A DNA stretch of 64,000 nt from the IMG/VR virus record IMGVR_UViG_3300025723_000013; one strand, written 5' to 3'. Made by a program: the position numbers and the translations under genes. The notes beneath the pieces are model-generated. The model was not told the origin of the DNA. It did no database searches and was given only the letters and a program-made list of their open reading frames with translations. This document shows, piece after piece, positions 17,357 to 26,470 of the stretch. How positions within the stretch are numbered: the first letter of the stretch is position 1; the number at the start of each line of letters is the position of its first letter. The DNA is from a virus (Duplodnaviria; Caudoviricetes).

Positions 17357-20300
17357 TTAGGCCTTTGCGCCTGCTGCGATAGCACCGGTGTTGACCAATC
17401 TCAATGGGATGTAAATAAACTCTACAGCTTTAACTGGTTCAATGGCAATGTCTACCCATAACTCACTGCGATCAATTCTCGAAGGAGTATTGTTTGATGT
17501 ATCGCATACTGTGATATAATCGTAAATCGCTCTTTGTGCTACCAATTCTAAAAGAAGATTATCAACTGCTCCTTTTATTTCAGAACGAGTGATCGAATCG
17601 TTTGGTTCAAACAAGAACGGACGAGCCAGTATTTCTAACTGTCTGCGCAGATAGCAAACTAGTCTAGCAACGTTAATACGATCCAAGCTACTGGCCACAC
17701 TTGCACGAGTATATTGCCCCATTACTACCAACCCGGAACCCGGGATAGTGGCTATTGGATTGACTTTGGCTTCTGCTAATACATTTCTTAAACCTTCATA
17801 CAGTGAAGTTTGTACAAATTCATCAGTGGTTGGATCAACATATCCTACCGCTGTGGCATTTTGAACCACGCCTCGTCTTAGTCCAGCTGGAGCAAACCAC
17901 GGATAACTTACATTATCGCTGTTGGCAATGGTATATAACATCATGTGACTAGGTGGTACAACTATATAATTTCCAAAGTTATCATTGCTATAACCGCTGG
18001 GATAATAAAAAGCCGTGTAGTCGTCGTAAGTTACCGCACCAACATCGCCGTTATCCAAAGCACCATTGGTGTTATTGCCCCAAGCACTAAGTGTGGTGGC
18101 ATCTGGTTCCAATCGGAAAGGAGTATCTGCCACAACAAATGCCGTTTGATTTCTATCCGAATTTAGATTGACCAAATTCTGCACAGCTTCTGGATAGCCA
18201 GGGCATGCCAGTAGATTGAATACAAGTGTATCGGTATCTCTTACAGCAGCATTGGTATCAATTAAAGATTTTAATGCTGCAACAACCACAGCTCTTTGTG
18301 CATGTCTTCCAAAGGTACCAACTCCTTGACTATCATTAGGACTTGCTGTTACCCAGCGATCCGCTTCATAGTTGGACAAAGGATCACTGTTGTATCTGAT
18401 ATTGACACCATTGTTGGCATTCAGATTGATGTAATCACTAACATATTTCTTAACATTGAATCCACTGCGACGTGTATTCCATAATCTTGTACCCTGTGGA
18501 TACAAAGCCGGATCAGGTGCATCTGGATCAAGATAATTGCTTCCTAGCATGACCTTGATCGGTGTTACTGTAGACATGCTGGATGCTCCACTGGTGCTCC
18601 AGCGAGCATCCGCAAATAGCCAACCATTTGGTGTGGTATGATCGGTTGGATCTTGCAAAACCCAGGTCAATGTTGAACCATTATACACATAAATTTGATG
18701 ACCATAACTGTCTATGGGCGAAGTCTGTATCCAAATGTCTCCATTTGTTAACGGAGTTCCGTCACTTTGCGTGGTAGGAGCCGAAGCCGAAACCAAAGGA
18801 CCGTTTGGATCACTATTTGGGAACTGATTTAAATATCCCACCCAAGTTGTTCCGTTTTGATATAAAATATCCACTTGATCAGTCATGGAATCGTACCATA
18901 ACTGTCCATCGGCAGGAGTAGTGGAAGGAGCCGTCGGTAATGATTGATAAAACAACGGAGCCCAGTTGCTTGCACGCAAACTGTATCCATTGGTTTGATA
19001 TCTACCTGTACGATATAGGTTTGGCGTAGTTTGTGGATTAAATCCTAAAGCATTGGGACTGCCGCCAGTCAATGGAGAATTGGTTCCATCTGCTATCTTA
19101 AAATCTCCACCTAACGCATGACTTATTGTGATTGTGCCATTGGTGCCAGCGGACGGGCTATAAGTTGCAGAAACATTGCTAAATCCTGCAGCACTAATAG
19201 CTGTAACCAGCGCGTTCAATGATGTGGCTGTGTTGTTTGCTGGCTGCGGAGCAATGGTCACTGTGGCAGTATTAAAATGTCCAAATACTCCTGCTAGAGT
19301 TTCATTCAAGACAAATGTACTATTTGTTGCGGTGTTGAATCCAGTAAATGAGTTAGGTACGGCATAGCTAATAGTTGTAGGAGCTACAGCTTTTCTTCTG
19401 TATACCTTAAATTCAGCTAAAAATTGCGAACTAGTTGATCCGCCTTTGCCCTGATCATAATTACTGCAAACAAATAGTGTTCCAACAGGAATTTGTGTTC
19501 CTCCGGTCAAATCCAAATTGAAGATTGCTGCATCGGTACTTTTGTAGATGGGGGCCGCCACTGTTCCAAAAGTCTGTGTTGCTCCGTTATAATAACTAAC
19601 AGACCAATTGGCTCCATTATTTGGAGGCGTTGTTTTGATATACACACTTCCACTAGGATTTCCATTAGCTGCAAATTGCGGAACCTGCGTGTGTGGCTGT
19701 ATGGCAAGACTTACTGCTGCATAGGTTGACGTAAATCCTAGAGGACCCACGGCCGATCCACTTAGAGAAATGCTGCCTTTGTAAGTGACATCGCTAGCAT
19801 CTGCATATAATGCCACTTGACCATTAAGCACTCTAGCTCCTACTCCGTGTGTGTACATCACACTGTTTATGCTCGAAACAACTTGCGAGGTGCTAGTTCC
19901 GCTAAAAGTAATGGATTGTCCGTTAACGGTAAGTGACAGTCCGGTATTAAATGAGCTGCTTATTCCTGAACTGACCGCGATAGGATAACTGGTTTGCCAG
20001 CAAGTGCTTCCGTTCCAGGTTGGACTAAATGTTTGTTCCCAATTGCTGCCGACCAATACCCAGACATTATCGCTGTTTTTATACCATAGTTCATTGGTAT
20101 TTTCTTGCGTAACTACCATGGCATATGCGCCAAGCGTTCCAAAACTTGGATTCGGGGTCCAATAAGGATTTCCCATAAAATCAGTGGAACTAGCGGCAAC
20201 TGAGTTTTTATTTGTGTCGTCAATGATAAGAAGGGTTTGATTTTCAAACAATCCAGAAGTGGCGTTCCATTCGCTTACTCCAAATACCGAATTGGCGGAG

Positions 20301-20716
20301 TTTAACCAATAAGTTCCTGCTACTGGACTGCCTGTAACCGGGCTGGACTGTGGTTCTAACTGCCCTAAATCAATATCAGCACGAACAACATATGCGCGAC
20401 TGCTGATACCCAACAAACTATGCGCAGCTTGCAACCCATATTCGTTTAACTCACCACCGTTTACAGGGTTTCCATTTGAGTCAGTTTGAAAAGTTGGATT
20501 TCCAAATGTACTACCCAAATCAAGCTGACTGGTAATTGTCCAAACTTTTCCTGCATTAGCACCTAATGTGCCTGCTGCTGTTCCAGTAGCACTGCTGTTC
20601 TTCTTGTTGGCAGCAGATGCCACAAAAATTAGAGGAACTGTTCCAGGAGCTGCTGGATTATAAAAACTCTCGTCAACAACTGTGACGGATACGCCTGGTG
20701 AATTTAGTGTTGCCAT
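17357..20716 (-). CDS. gp18: Tail sheath protein with large internal insertion
   Basis: N-terminal SPGVSVTVVDES; C-terminal PWFAPAG..RG, KVNPI, LDRINVARL, FEPND..TR, IEPVKAVEFIYIP. Confidence 0.93.
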   Translation of the reverse strand: MATLNSPGVSVTVVDESFYNPAAPGTVPLIFVASAANKKNSSATGTAAGTLGANAGKVWTITSQLDLGSTFGNPTFQTDSNGNPVNGGELNEYGLQAAHSLLGISSRAYVVRADIDLGQLEPQSSPVTGSPVAGTYWLNSANSVFGVSEWNATSGLFENQTLLIIDDTNKNSVAASSTDFMGNPYWTPNPSFGTLGAYAMVVTQENTNELWYKNSDNVWVLVGSNWEQTFSPTWNGSTCWQTSYPIAVSSGISSSFNTGLSLTVNGQSITFSGTSTSQVVSSINSVMYTHGVGARVLNGQVALYADASDVTYKGSISLSGSAVGPLGFTSTYAAVSLAIQPHTQVPQFAANGNPSGSVYIKTTPPNNGANWSVSYYNGATQTFGTVAAPIYKSTDAAIFNLDLTGGTQIPVGTLFVCSNYDQGKGGSTSSQFLAEFKVYRRKAVAPTTISYAVPNSFTGFNTATNSTFVLNETLAGVFGHFNTATVTIAPQPANNTATSLNALVTAISAAGFSNVSATYSPSAGTNGTITISHALGGDFKIADGTNSPLTGGSPNALGFNPQTTPNLYRTGRYQTNGYSLRASNWAPLFYQSLPTAPSTTPADGQLWYDSMTDQVDILYQNGTTWVGYLNQFPNSDPNGPLVSASAPTTQSDGTPLTNGDIWIQTSPIDSYGHQIYVYNGSTLTWVLQDPTDHTTPNGWLFADARWSTSGASSMSTVTPIKVMLGSNYLDPDAPDPALYPQGTRLWNTRRSGFNVKKYVSDYINLNANNGVNIRYNSDPLSNYEADRWVTASPNDSQGVGTFGRHAQRAVVVAALKSLIDTNAAVRDTDTLVFNLLACPGYPEAVQNLVNLNSDRNQTAFVVADTPFRLEPDATTLSAWGNNTNGALDNGDVGAVTYDDYTAFYYPSGYSNDNFGNYIVVPPSHMMLYTIANSDNVSYPWFAPAGLRRGVVQNATAVGYVDPTTDEFVQTSLYEGLRNVLAEAKVNPIATIPGSGLVVMGQYTRASVASSLDRINVARLVCYLRRQLEILARPFLFEPNDSITRSEIKGAVDNLLLELVAQRAIYDYITVCDTSNNTPSRIDRSELWVDIAIEPVKAVEFIYIPLRLVNTGAIAAGAKA

Positions 20717-20747
20717 TTATCGATCTCCTTGATGGATTGCTTATTTT

Positions 20748-20753
20748 TATTTA
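20748..20753 (-). promoter_or_regulatory. Late promoter TAAATA for sheath-tube operon
   Basis: Followed by ~30-nt leader with AAGGAG SD. Confidence 0.65.
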
Positions 20754-20821
20754 TCGATTACCAACGGTTTTTACCGATTAAATATTCGGTAAATCACACT
20801 TTTTCAATGATTTGCAAATTA

Positions 20822-21469
20822 TTAAACGTTCTTGATAAAAGATTCGAGCTGTGGGAAAAGACACTGTATTCCTTGACTATTGTCGATCACAGCGTCAAAC
20901 CGGCTACCCACCCAAGACCATTCACTTGCATGTATTTTAGGATACTTTTGACTCATAAGTTCTCTCGCATCTTCCAGTATCCATAGATCAGACCAATCTG
21001 TGGTGTTTTCCTTTACAGCAGTTTCATACCATTCAGGCAGAGGACCTCGCTGTATCCAGACCACTTTGCCGCCTTGCTTACGAATAATTTCTATCTCATT
21101 TGGAAATCGGCAATCTGTGATAACAGTGTTGCCCTTTCTGTTACGCAATTTATTTTCTAAGGATGCGATCCAGATATCGTCGTGAAAACTTTGACGACAC
21201 ACTTCCGTTCCCCAATATTGTAGTATCCAACGGGGAGTAAGGTGTGGCATATCTAATCTTTCCGCCCACCAAGTATCTACTTTTTCTCTCTGCTCGCGGG
21301 CTTCTTTAGTTCTACCCTCAAGCATTTCGCGATCCCACCCAAAAATTAAAGACACAGCATCTTTAAGAGAATTTGCAAATGATTCTCTAGAAAACTGATG
21401 TTTTTCTACTAGATAATCTGCGGCTGTATCTTTGCCGCTGCCGATCCATCCCACAAATCCAATAATCAT
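20822..21469 (-). CDS. gp1: Deoxynucleoside monophosphate kinase (T4 gp1-like)
   Basis: MIIGFVGWIGSGKDT P-loop, FANSLKD, TPRWILQYWGTE, VITDCRFPNE. Confidence 0.9.
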   Translation of the reverse strand: MIIGFVGWIGSGKDTAADYLVEKHQFSRESFANSLKDAVSLIFGWDREMLEGRTKEAREQREKVDTWWAERLDMPHLTPRWILQYWGTEVCRQSFHDDIWIASLENKLRNRKGNTVITDCRFPNEIEIIRKQGGKVVWIQRGPLPEWYETAVKENTTDWSDLWILEDARELMSQKYPKIHASEWSWVGSRFDAVIDNSQGIQCLFPQLESFIKNV

Positions 21470-21489
21470 AAAAATTTCCTCAATATTAA

Positions 21490-21518
21490 ATTGTAATAAA
21501 ATTTAATAAAAAAGTCAA
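21490..21518 (-). promoter_or_regulatory. Sigma70-like promoter TTGACT-17 nt-TACAAT
   Basis: -35 at 21513-21518, -10 at 21490-21495, upstream of dNMP kinase with AGGA SD. Confidence 0.75.
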
Positions 21519-22286
21519 TTAACCTATGACAAAATACATGGGCTGTTGATTATCAAAGTTGTTGATCAGTTCTTTGTCCAGTTCTGCGGCCTTGTCAATC
21601 CCTTCTTTCTTGAGGGCTGTGCCATTCAGTTGAGTATTTCCGCCCTGCGGAGCAGCAATCGATGCAAATTTTTCGCGTGCCTCGCCCAGCATGATCTTGG
21701 CCATGGCCAAAGCGTAGTCCTTGATCCAAACTCCTGCATAGGGATCTTGGAATAGCGCAAAGTCTGGACGATAATTGTAAATCCATGCCAGTACATTTTC
21801 TTCTGTTTGAGGACGCTGAGATACACGTAGTTTTTTAGTGGTAGGATTAAAATCAAAGTTAATAAAGCTACCAAACATTTTACCAACTAGATTTTGATAG
21901 CTGGCAAACGCAAAGTAGGTCCCTAATCCACCCATGTTGCTGGAGCTTAACAGATAGGTGTTGGTGTAGGCTAGATTGAATGGTTCAAACAAGGATCCAC
22001 CATCGCCGCCGCCTGATCTTGAACCTATGCTGCGACGAAACAGTTGCCGAACCTGCATGACTTCTTTGGGCATGTAATATTCATTTTGGTTAACTTGCAA
22101 GGTTAAAAAAGCAAAACTTTCTTCGGTAGAGTTTTGGCTGCGCTGACGATATCTTGACAGAGCCTTGTCAATGGCGGTATTGTAATGTACTGGATCAAGT
22201 TCTATATCTATCATTCCATCACCTAAAAAGGTTTTGATATAGTCTATCACAAGCTGTCTTTGATTATCTAAGTCGTTGTTATCCAT
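21519..22286 (-). CDS. gp13: Neck protein (gp13-like)
   Basis: IDIELDPVHY..AL, WIKDYALAMAKIMLGEAREKF..GG..LNG..LKKEG. Confidence 0.85.
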   Translation of the reverse strand: MDNNDLDNQRQLVIDYIKTFLGDGMIDIELDPVHYNTAIDKALSRYRQRSQNSTEESFAFLTLQVNQNEYYMPKEVMQVRQLFRRSIGSRSGGGDGGSLFEPFNLAYTNTYLLSSSNMGGLGTYFAFASYQNLVGKMFGSFINFDFNPTTKKLRVSQRPQTEENVLAWIYNYRPDFALFQDPYAGVWIKDYALAMAKIMLGEAREKFASIAAPQGGNTQLNGTALKKEGIDKAAELDKELINNFDNQQPMYFVIG

Positions 22287-22291
22287 ACTAG

Positions 22292-22309
22292 TATTTAGTT
22301 CAATAAATA
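22292..22309. promoter_or_regulatory. Back-to-back divergent late promoters
   Basis: TAAATA on minus (22292-22297, 5 nt before gp13 ATG) and on plus (22304-22309, before gp14 AGGAG/TTG). Confidence 0.7.
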
Positions 22310-22334
22310 CAATAGCTTCACTAGGAGAAGTAAT

Positions 22335-23534
22335 TTGCCTCGTTTGAGTATGTATAGACCCGAAAAGGGCAATGATTTCAAAATGATTGATCGCTTAATC
22401 AACGAAGAATTTCAAGTGGGCGGCACAGACATTTTCATTCACAAGTATTTGGGACCTGTGGCTCCTGCTGCGGGCACATCTACCCCTACTGAGCCGGTTA
22501 ATACCAATGCAGTGCCGGAATTGGGCATACAAGACGTGTTACTGATGGAAAACCGTGACAGGAACTACGAGCCCGATGTTTATGTGATCCGTGGCATTTA
22601 TACCATGTTAGATACCGTTTTCAATCTGGCGCAATTTGGACTGTTCCTTAACAACGATGAAATACTGTTGCATTTCCATCTAAGAAGCAGTGTGGAATCA
22701 CTGGGAAGAAAAATCATGGCGGGAGATGTTTTTGAGCTTCCTCACATGAAAGATGAATATGCCTTGGACAACCCCAGCATTGAAGTGGCCTTAAAAAGAT
22801 ACTATGTTGTAACAGAAGTCACGCGCCCCAGTGTAGGATTCAGCCAAACATGGTATCCTCATTTGATAAGATGCAAGTGTCATCCCCTAGTTGACAGCCA
22901 AGAATATGCACAGATATTTGCACAAGACAGCGGAAACGGCGATGGCAGCACTCTAAAAGATATACTCAGTACCTATAATCAAAGCATAGCGATCAATAAT
23001 TCCATAATTGCTCAGGCAGAATCGGATGCCTTGCTAAGTGGATATGATACAAATGGGTTTTATGTTATACCTACTGATAATTGGGTATCAGTTGTGACCG
23101 AAGATGCAAGCGATAGTGTTAACACGGTTGACAGTGAGACTGCTGCGCTAGACGCCAGCATAATTTTGAGTTCTCCTACCAATAATTTTTATGTCAGTTA
23201 CTTAACAGATGCCATTCCGCCAAACGGAGCTCCTTACACATATGGAGTTGAATTTCCAACACCGGGTGCTATTGGACAGTTTCATTTAAGGACAGATTAT
23301 TATCCAAATACTCTTTTTAGATGGAATGGAGCTCATTGGGTGATGTTTGAACAGAATGTTCGCATGACCATGACCAATAAACCGCTGAATGGAATTGGTC
23401 AACCCAATGATCAAACACGTCAAACACAAAAATTCTCTTTCATTAATAATACCAACACAGCCACAATTGCTGGCGAGGTAGTACAGGAAAGACAATTCTT
23501 AAGCAAGATTCTTTTACCAAAGGCAGATAATTAA
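22335..23534 (+). CDS. gp14: Neck / head closure protein (gp14-like)
   Basis: 399 aa; IQDVLLMENRDRNY, FGLFLNND, GDVFELPH; AGGAG SD, TTG start; coupled to gp15. Confidence 0.65.
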   Translation: MPRLSMYRPEKGNDFKMIDRLINEEFQVGGTDIFIHKYLGPVAPAAGTSTPTEPVNTNAVPELGIQDVLLMENRDRNYEPDVYVIRGIYTMLDTVFNLAQFGLFLNNDEILLHFHLRSSVESLGRKIMAGDVFELPHMKDEYALDNPSIEVALKRYYVVTEVTRPSVGFSQTWYPHLIRCKCHPLVDSQEYAQIFAQDSGNGDGSTLKDILSTYNQSIAINNSIIAQAESDALLSGYDTNGFYVIPTDNWVSVVTEDASDSVNTVDSETAALDASIILSSPTNNFYVSYLTDAIPPNGAPYTYGVEFPTPGAIGQFHLRTDYYPNTLFRWNGAHWVMFEQNVRMTMTNKPLNGIGQPNDQTRQTQKFSFINNTNTATIAGEVVQERQFLSKILLPKADN

Positions 23535-24982
23535 TGTCTCAATTTGCATATGATGGACAAATAAGAAGATTCCTAACTCAGTTTATGCGGCTGATGAGTA
23601 ATTTTTGCTATCAAGACAGCAGCGGAAAAATTATACAGGTTCCTGTACGTTACGGGGACATGAATAGACAGGTTGCTCAAATCCTAAACAAAAATACCGA
23701 AAACGTCATGCCCACTGCTCCTTTTATTTCTTGCTATATTAAAGATCTCAAATTTGATCGAGAACGCATGCAGGATCCATCATTCGTTGGAAAACTCAAT
23801 ATCAGAGAAAGAGATTACGATGCACAAGGTAATGAATATTTAAATACTCAAGGAGCCAACTATACCATTGAACGCTTGATGCCCACTCCTTACAAGATCA
23901 CTTTCAATGCAGACATATGGACCAGCAATACCGATCAAAAGTTCCAATTATGGGAGCAAATCACAGTGCTTTTCAATCCCAGCATGGAACTACAGATGTC
24001 GGACAATTATGTGGATTGGACCAGTTTGAGTGTGTTAGAAATAACCGACGGCAGTGTTTTTGAATCAAGGCAGATTCCACAGGGAACAAACAACGACATC
24101 AGCATAGCCACATTGCAGTTCATGGCACCGGTATGGATAACACCTCCTGCTAAGGTCAAACAGCTGGGTATAATAACCAAGATTATTTCCAATGTTTTCC
24201 TAGAACCCACAGGCACAGGGGCAGCAGGAGGATATAACGATGCCATACTTGGTGGTAACATATTTGGAGGACAAACTCCTGATACCAGAGTGACTGTTAC
24301 CCCGGGCAATTATGATCTATTGGTATTGGACAACACTGCGGTACTGGTTCCTTCAAATGAAGCATCGATAAGTGAAACTTGGATATCGGTTGACAGTGTT
24401 CCAAACAGACCCTCTTGGTTATCTCTATTAGATCTATATCCGGGAAAATTTACCTCAGGATTGAGCCAATTGAGATTACTCAAACCCACCGGCAACGAAA
24501 TAGTGGCATTCATGACATTGAATCCCACCAACGATTCCTTGATGCAATTGAATATTGATCCCGACACGGTGCCTGCCAACACAGTGTTAACCGACTATTC
24601 CGGAAATTTCAGTCGCGGAACCATTGACGCCATTGTCAATCCCTTGATCTTGGATCCCGGTTCAGCCAATGGAAAAAACATTGACCGTAGATATTTGATA
24701 TTGAAAGATGTGTTGCTCAACGATTCAATACAAGGACCAGCTGCCTGGGCCAGCTTTAATTCACTGTCAGGCAATAGCGATTCCTTGCAGGCTCGAGCCA
24801 ATGATATCATACAGTGGGATGGGGAGAAATGGAGAATATTGTTTGATGCCACCAAAACTGCTAACTCCTCTACCTACATCACCAATGCCTACACCGGCAT
24901 ACAGTACATGTGGAATGGCACGCAATGGTCCAAATCATTTGAAGGCATCTACGATAACTACAGTTGGAGAATGATCTTGTGA
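23534..24982 (+). CDS. gp15: Tail terminator / sheath stabiliser (gp15-like) with C-terminal extension
   Basis: YDGQIRRFL..F..LMSN, VPVRYGD, MPTPYKITFNADIWTSN..QK.QLWEQI..LFNPS. Confidence 0.8.
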   Translation: MSQFAYDGQIRRFLTQFMRLMSNFCYQDSSGKIIQVPVRYGDMNRQVAQILNKNTENVMPTAPFISCYIKDLKFDRERMQDPSFVGKLNIRERDYDAQGNEYLNTQGANYTIERLMPTPYKITFNADIWTSNTDQKFQLWEQITVLFNPSMELQMSDNYVDWTSLSVLEITDGSVFESRQIPQGTNNDISIATLQFMAPVWITPPAKVKQLGIITKIISNVFLEPTGTGAAGGYNDAILGGNIFGGQTPDTRVTVTPGNYDLLVLDNTAVLVPSNEASISETWISVDSVPNRPSWLSLLDLYPGKFTSGLSQLRLLKPTGNEIVAFMTLNPTNDSLMQLNIDPDTVPANTVLTDYSGNFSRGTIDAIVNPLILDPGSANGKNIDRRYLILKDVLLNDSIQGPAAWASFNSLSGNSDSLQARANDIIQWDGEKWRILFDATKTANSSTYITNAYTGIQYMWNGTQWSKSFEGIYDNYSWRMIL

Positions 24983-25404
24983 AAGAGATAATTTGTTCAG
25001 GTGGTTTGTTCTTGGCCGAGAATACCAAACGTTTTTTATTTTTGTTTAGATCACAGGGCAAGACTGCAGATACCTGGGGATTGGTAGGAGGGAAAAAAGA
25101 CCCTGCTGATCTTACTCCTTATGATACCTTGGTAAGAGAAATTGATGAAGAGGTAGGAGTGACTCCTACCATTAAGAAAATGATTCCTTTGGAACTGTTT
25201 ACCAGCAATGATCAATTGTTCCAATACAATACTTACGTGTTACTGGTTGATAAGGAGTTCACTCCTGCCTTGAATGAGGAACACAAAGCGTATGCCTGGT
25301 GTGATCTTTATGCCTGGCCTAAACCGCTTCATCGCGGAGTCAAAAGCAGTTTATCCAATCGGATTATAAAAAGCAAATTAGAAATTTTATTAGAACTTAT
25401 TTAA
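24964..25404 (+). CDS. Nudix hydrolase
   Basis: WGLVGGKKD..LVREIDEEVG Nudix box; true start probably GTG at 24979 overlapping the gp15 stop. Confidence 0.85.
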   Translation: MENDLVKEIICSGGLFLAENTKRFLFLFRSQGKTADTWGLVGGKKDPADLTPYDTLVREIDEEVGVTPTIKKMIPLELFTSNDQLFQYNTYVLLVDKEFTPALNEEHKAYAWCDLYAWPKPLHRGVKSSLSNRIIKSKLEILLELI

Positions 25405-25407
25405 ATA

Positions 25408-26022
25408 TTATTTAAATTTAGGACCCGACAGCCACACAACTAGAGTTCTTCTCACTCCTCCAGTCACTGGAGTTACTCGATGCATGGTATAACTGGGAAA
25501 TGCATAGATCATGCCCTGCTGTTTTTTCAATTTTTCCGGTTCTGGTCCGGTAAAAATCTCCAAATGTCCACCTTCGTATTCAGACGGATCACTGAGCTGT
25601 ATCACCAAAGACAATTTCCTAGGTGCAGCATTGGCGATACCTTTGTCCATATGCCAAGTATAATGACCCGGAGCTATTTCCAAGGAACCTTCATACACAG
25701 TATATTGTATCAGCTCCACAAATCCAAATAAATCAAGTTGGAAAAATTGGCCATTTAATTCTCTAGCAATGTGCCCAATTCTATCATAGATAAATTGTGT
25801 GTCACTGTTGAGTGGCAGCCAAGACACTTTGGAATTTCTTACCTCTAAATCACATCTGCTGTTGTCTCCGGTGCCAACTTTGGCCTGTTCCAATCTCAAG
25901 CCATATTCGCCAATTTCATTTATGCGATGGATTTCATCATTGGAAAATGCAAAGGATCTGAAAGCATAAGGAGGTTCTTTACAGGCAAGATCAGGGCTAG
26001 GGGGTAACGCATAGTTAATCAT
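25408..26022 (-). CDS. 2OG-Fe(II) oxygenase (prolyl-hydroxylase/PKHD-like)
   Basis: YTWHMD (HxD), RKLSLVIQLSDP..YEGG, HRVTPVT.G.RRTLVVW. Confidence 0.9.
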   Translation of the reverse strand: MINYALPPSPDLACKEPPYAFRSFAFSNDEIHRINEIGEYGLRLEQAKVGTGDNSRCDLEVRNSKVSWLPLNSDTQFIYDRIGHIARELNGQFFQLDLFGFVELIQYTVYEGSLEIAPGHYTWHMDKGIANAAPRKLSLVIQLSDPSEYEGGHLEIFTGPEPEKLKKQQGMIYAFPSYTMHRVTPVTGGVRRTLVVWLSGPKFK

Positions 26023-26411
26023 GATTTTCTCTTTTTATTTTGTGATTTATAAGAATCTAATGGAATAGTAATAGGATCTTCTATCACCCCACCTTGATCA
26101 TGCTCGGCCCAATTTTTCAAATGTACGAATTTGTCGCCATACTTGGTCAAATTCAACAGTACGGTGCCTGCTTCTAGTGCGGCTATTTCATGAGGATATT
26201 CCTGTTCTTGAAAATGAAATATGGCACCTTGGGTGGCCGTATAAGACCAAGATTTTTCTGGGCCGTATATTTCGCAAGATCCTTTGAGCACTATCACATT
26301 GTGTGCATCTTCCACCATGTGATAGTGCATGGGCAACCCATCACCACGGTCGGGAAAGAAATATTGTGTGCCTCGTAAAGATCCATAGTTGTAGCCTTTC
26401 CAATGATACAT
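26019..26411 (-). CDS. Cupin-domain protein
   Basis: GLPMHYH..HNVIVLKGSCEI..PHEIAALE cupin motifs; ATGA-coupled to oxygenase. Confidence 0.75.
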   Translation of the reverse strand: MYHWKGYNYGSLRGTQYFFPDRGDGLPMHYHMVEDAHNVIVLKGSCEIYGPEKSWSYTATQGAIFHFQEQEYPHEIAALEAGTVLLNLTKYGDKFVHLKNWAEHDQGGVIEDPITIPLDSYKSQNKKRKS

Positions 26412-26470
26412 TATAATTCCTTGGGTCGATTATGAATGTACTTATCTAATAGATGAAAGGAGAGAAAAAT

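Noticed and set aside
20715-20792. 10-nt direct repeat ATTTATCGAT (20715, 20749) and hairpin TTACCGA-8-TCGGTAA as terminator or operator
   Set aside because: No U-tract on the coding strand and the repeat is short and AT-rich; insufficient support alone
22287-25416. Invertible segment explaining the plus-strand island
   Set aside because: No matching inverted repeats at the two ends and no recombinase gene nearby
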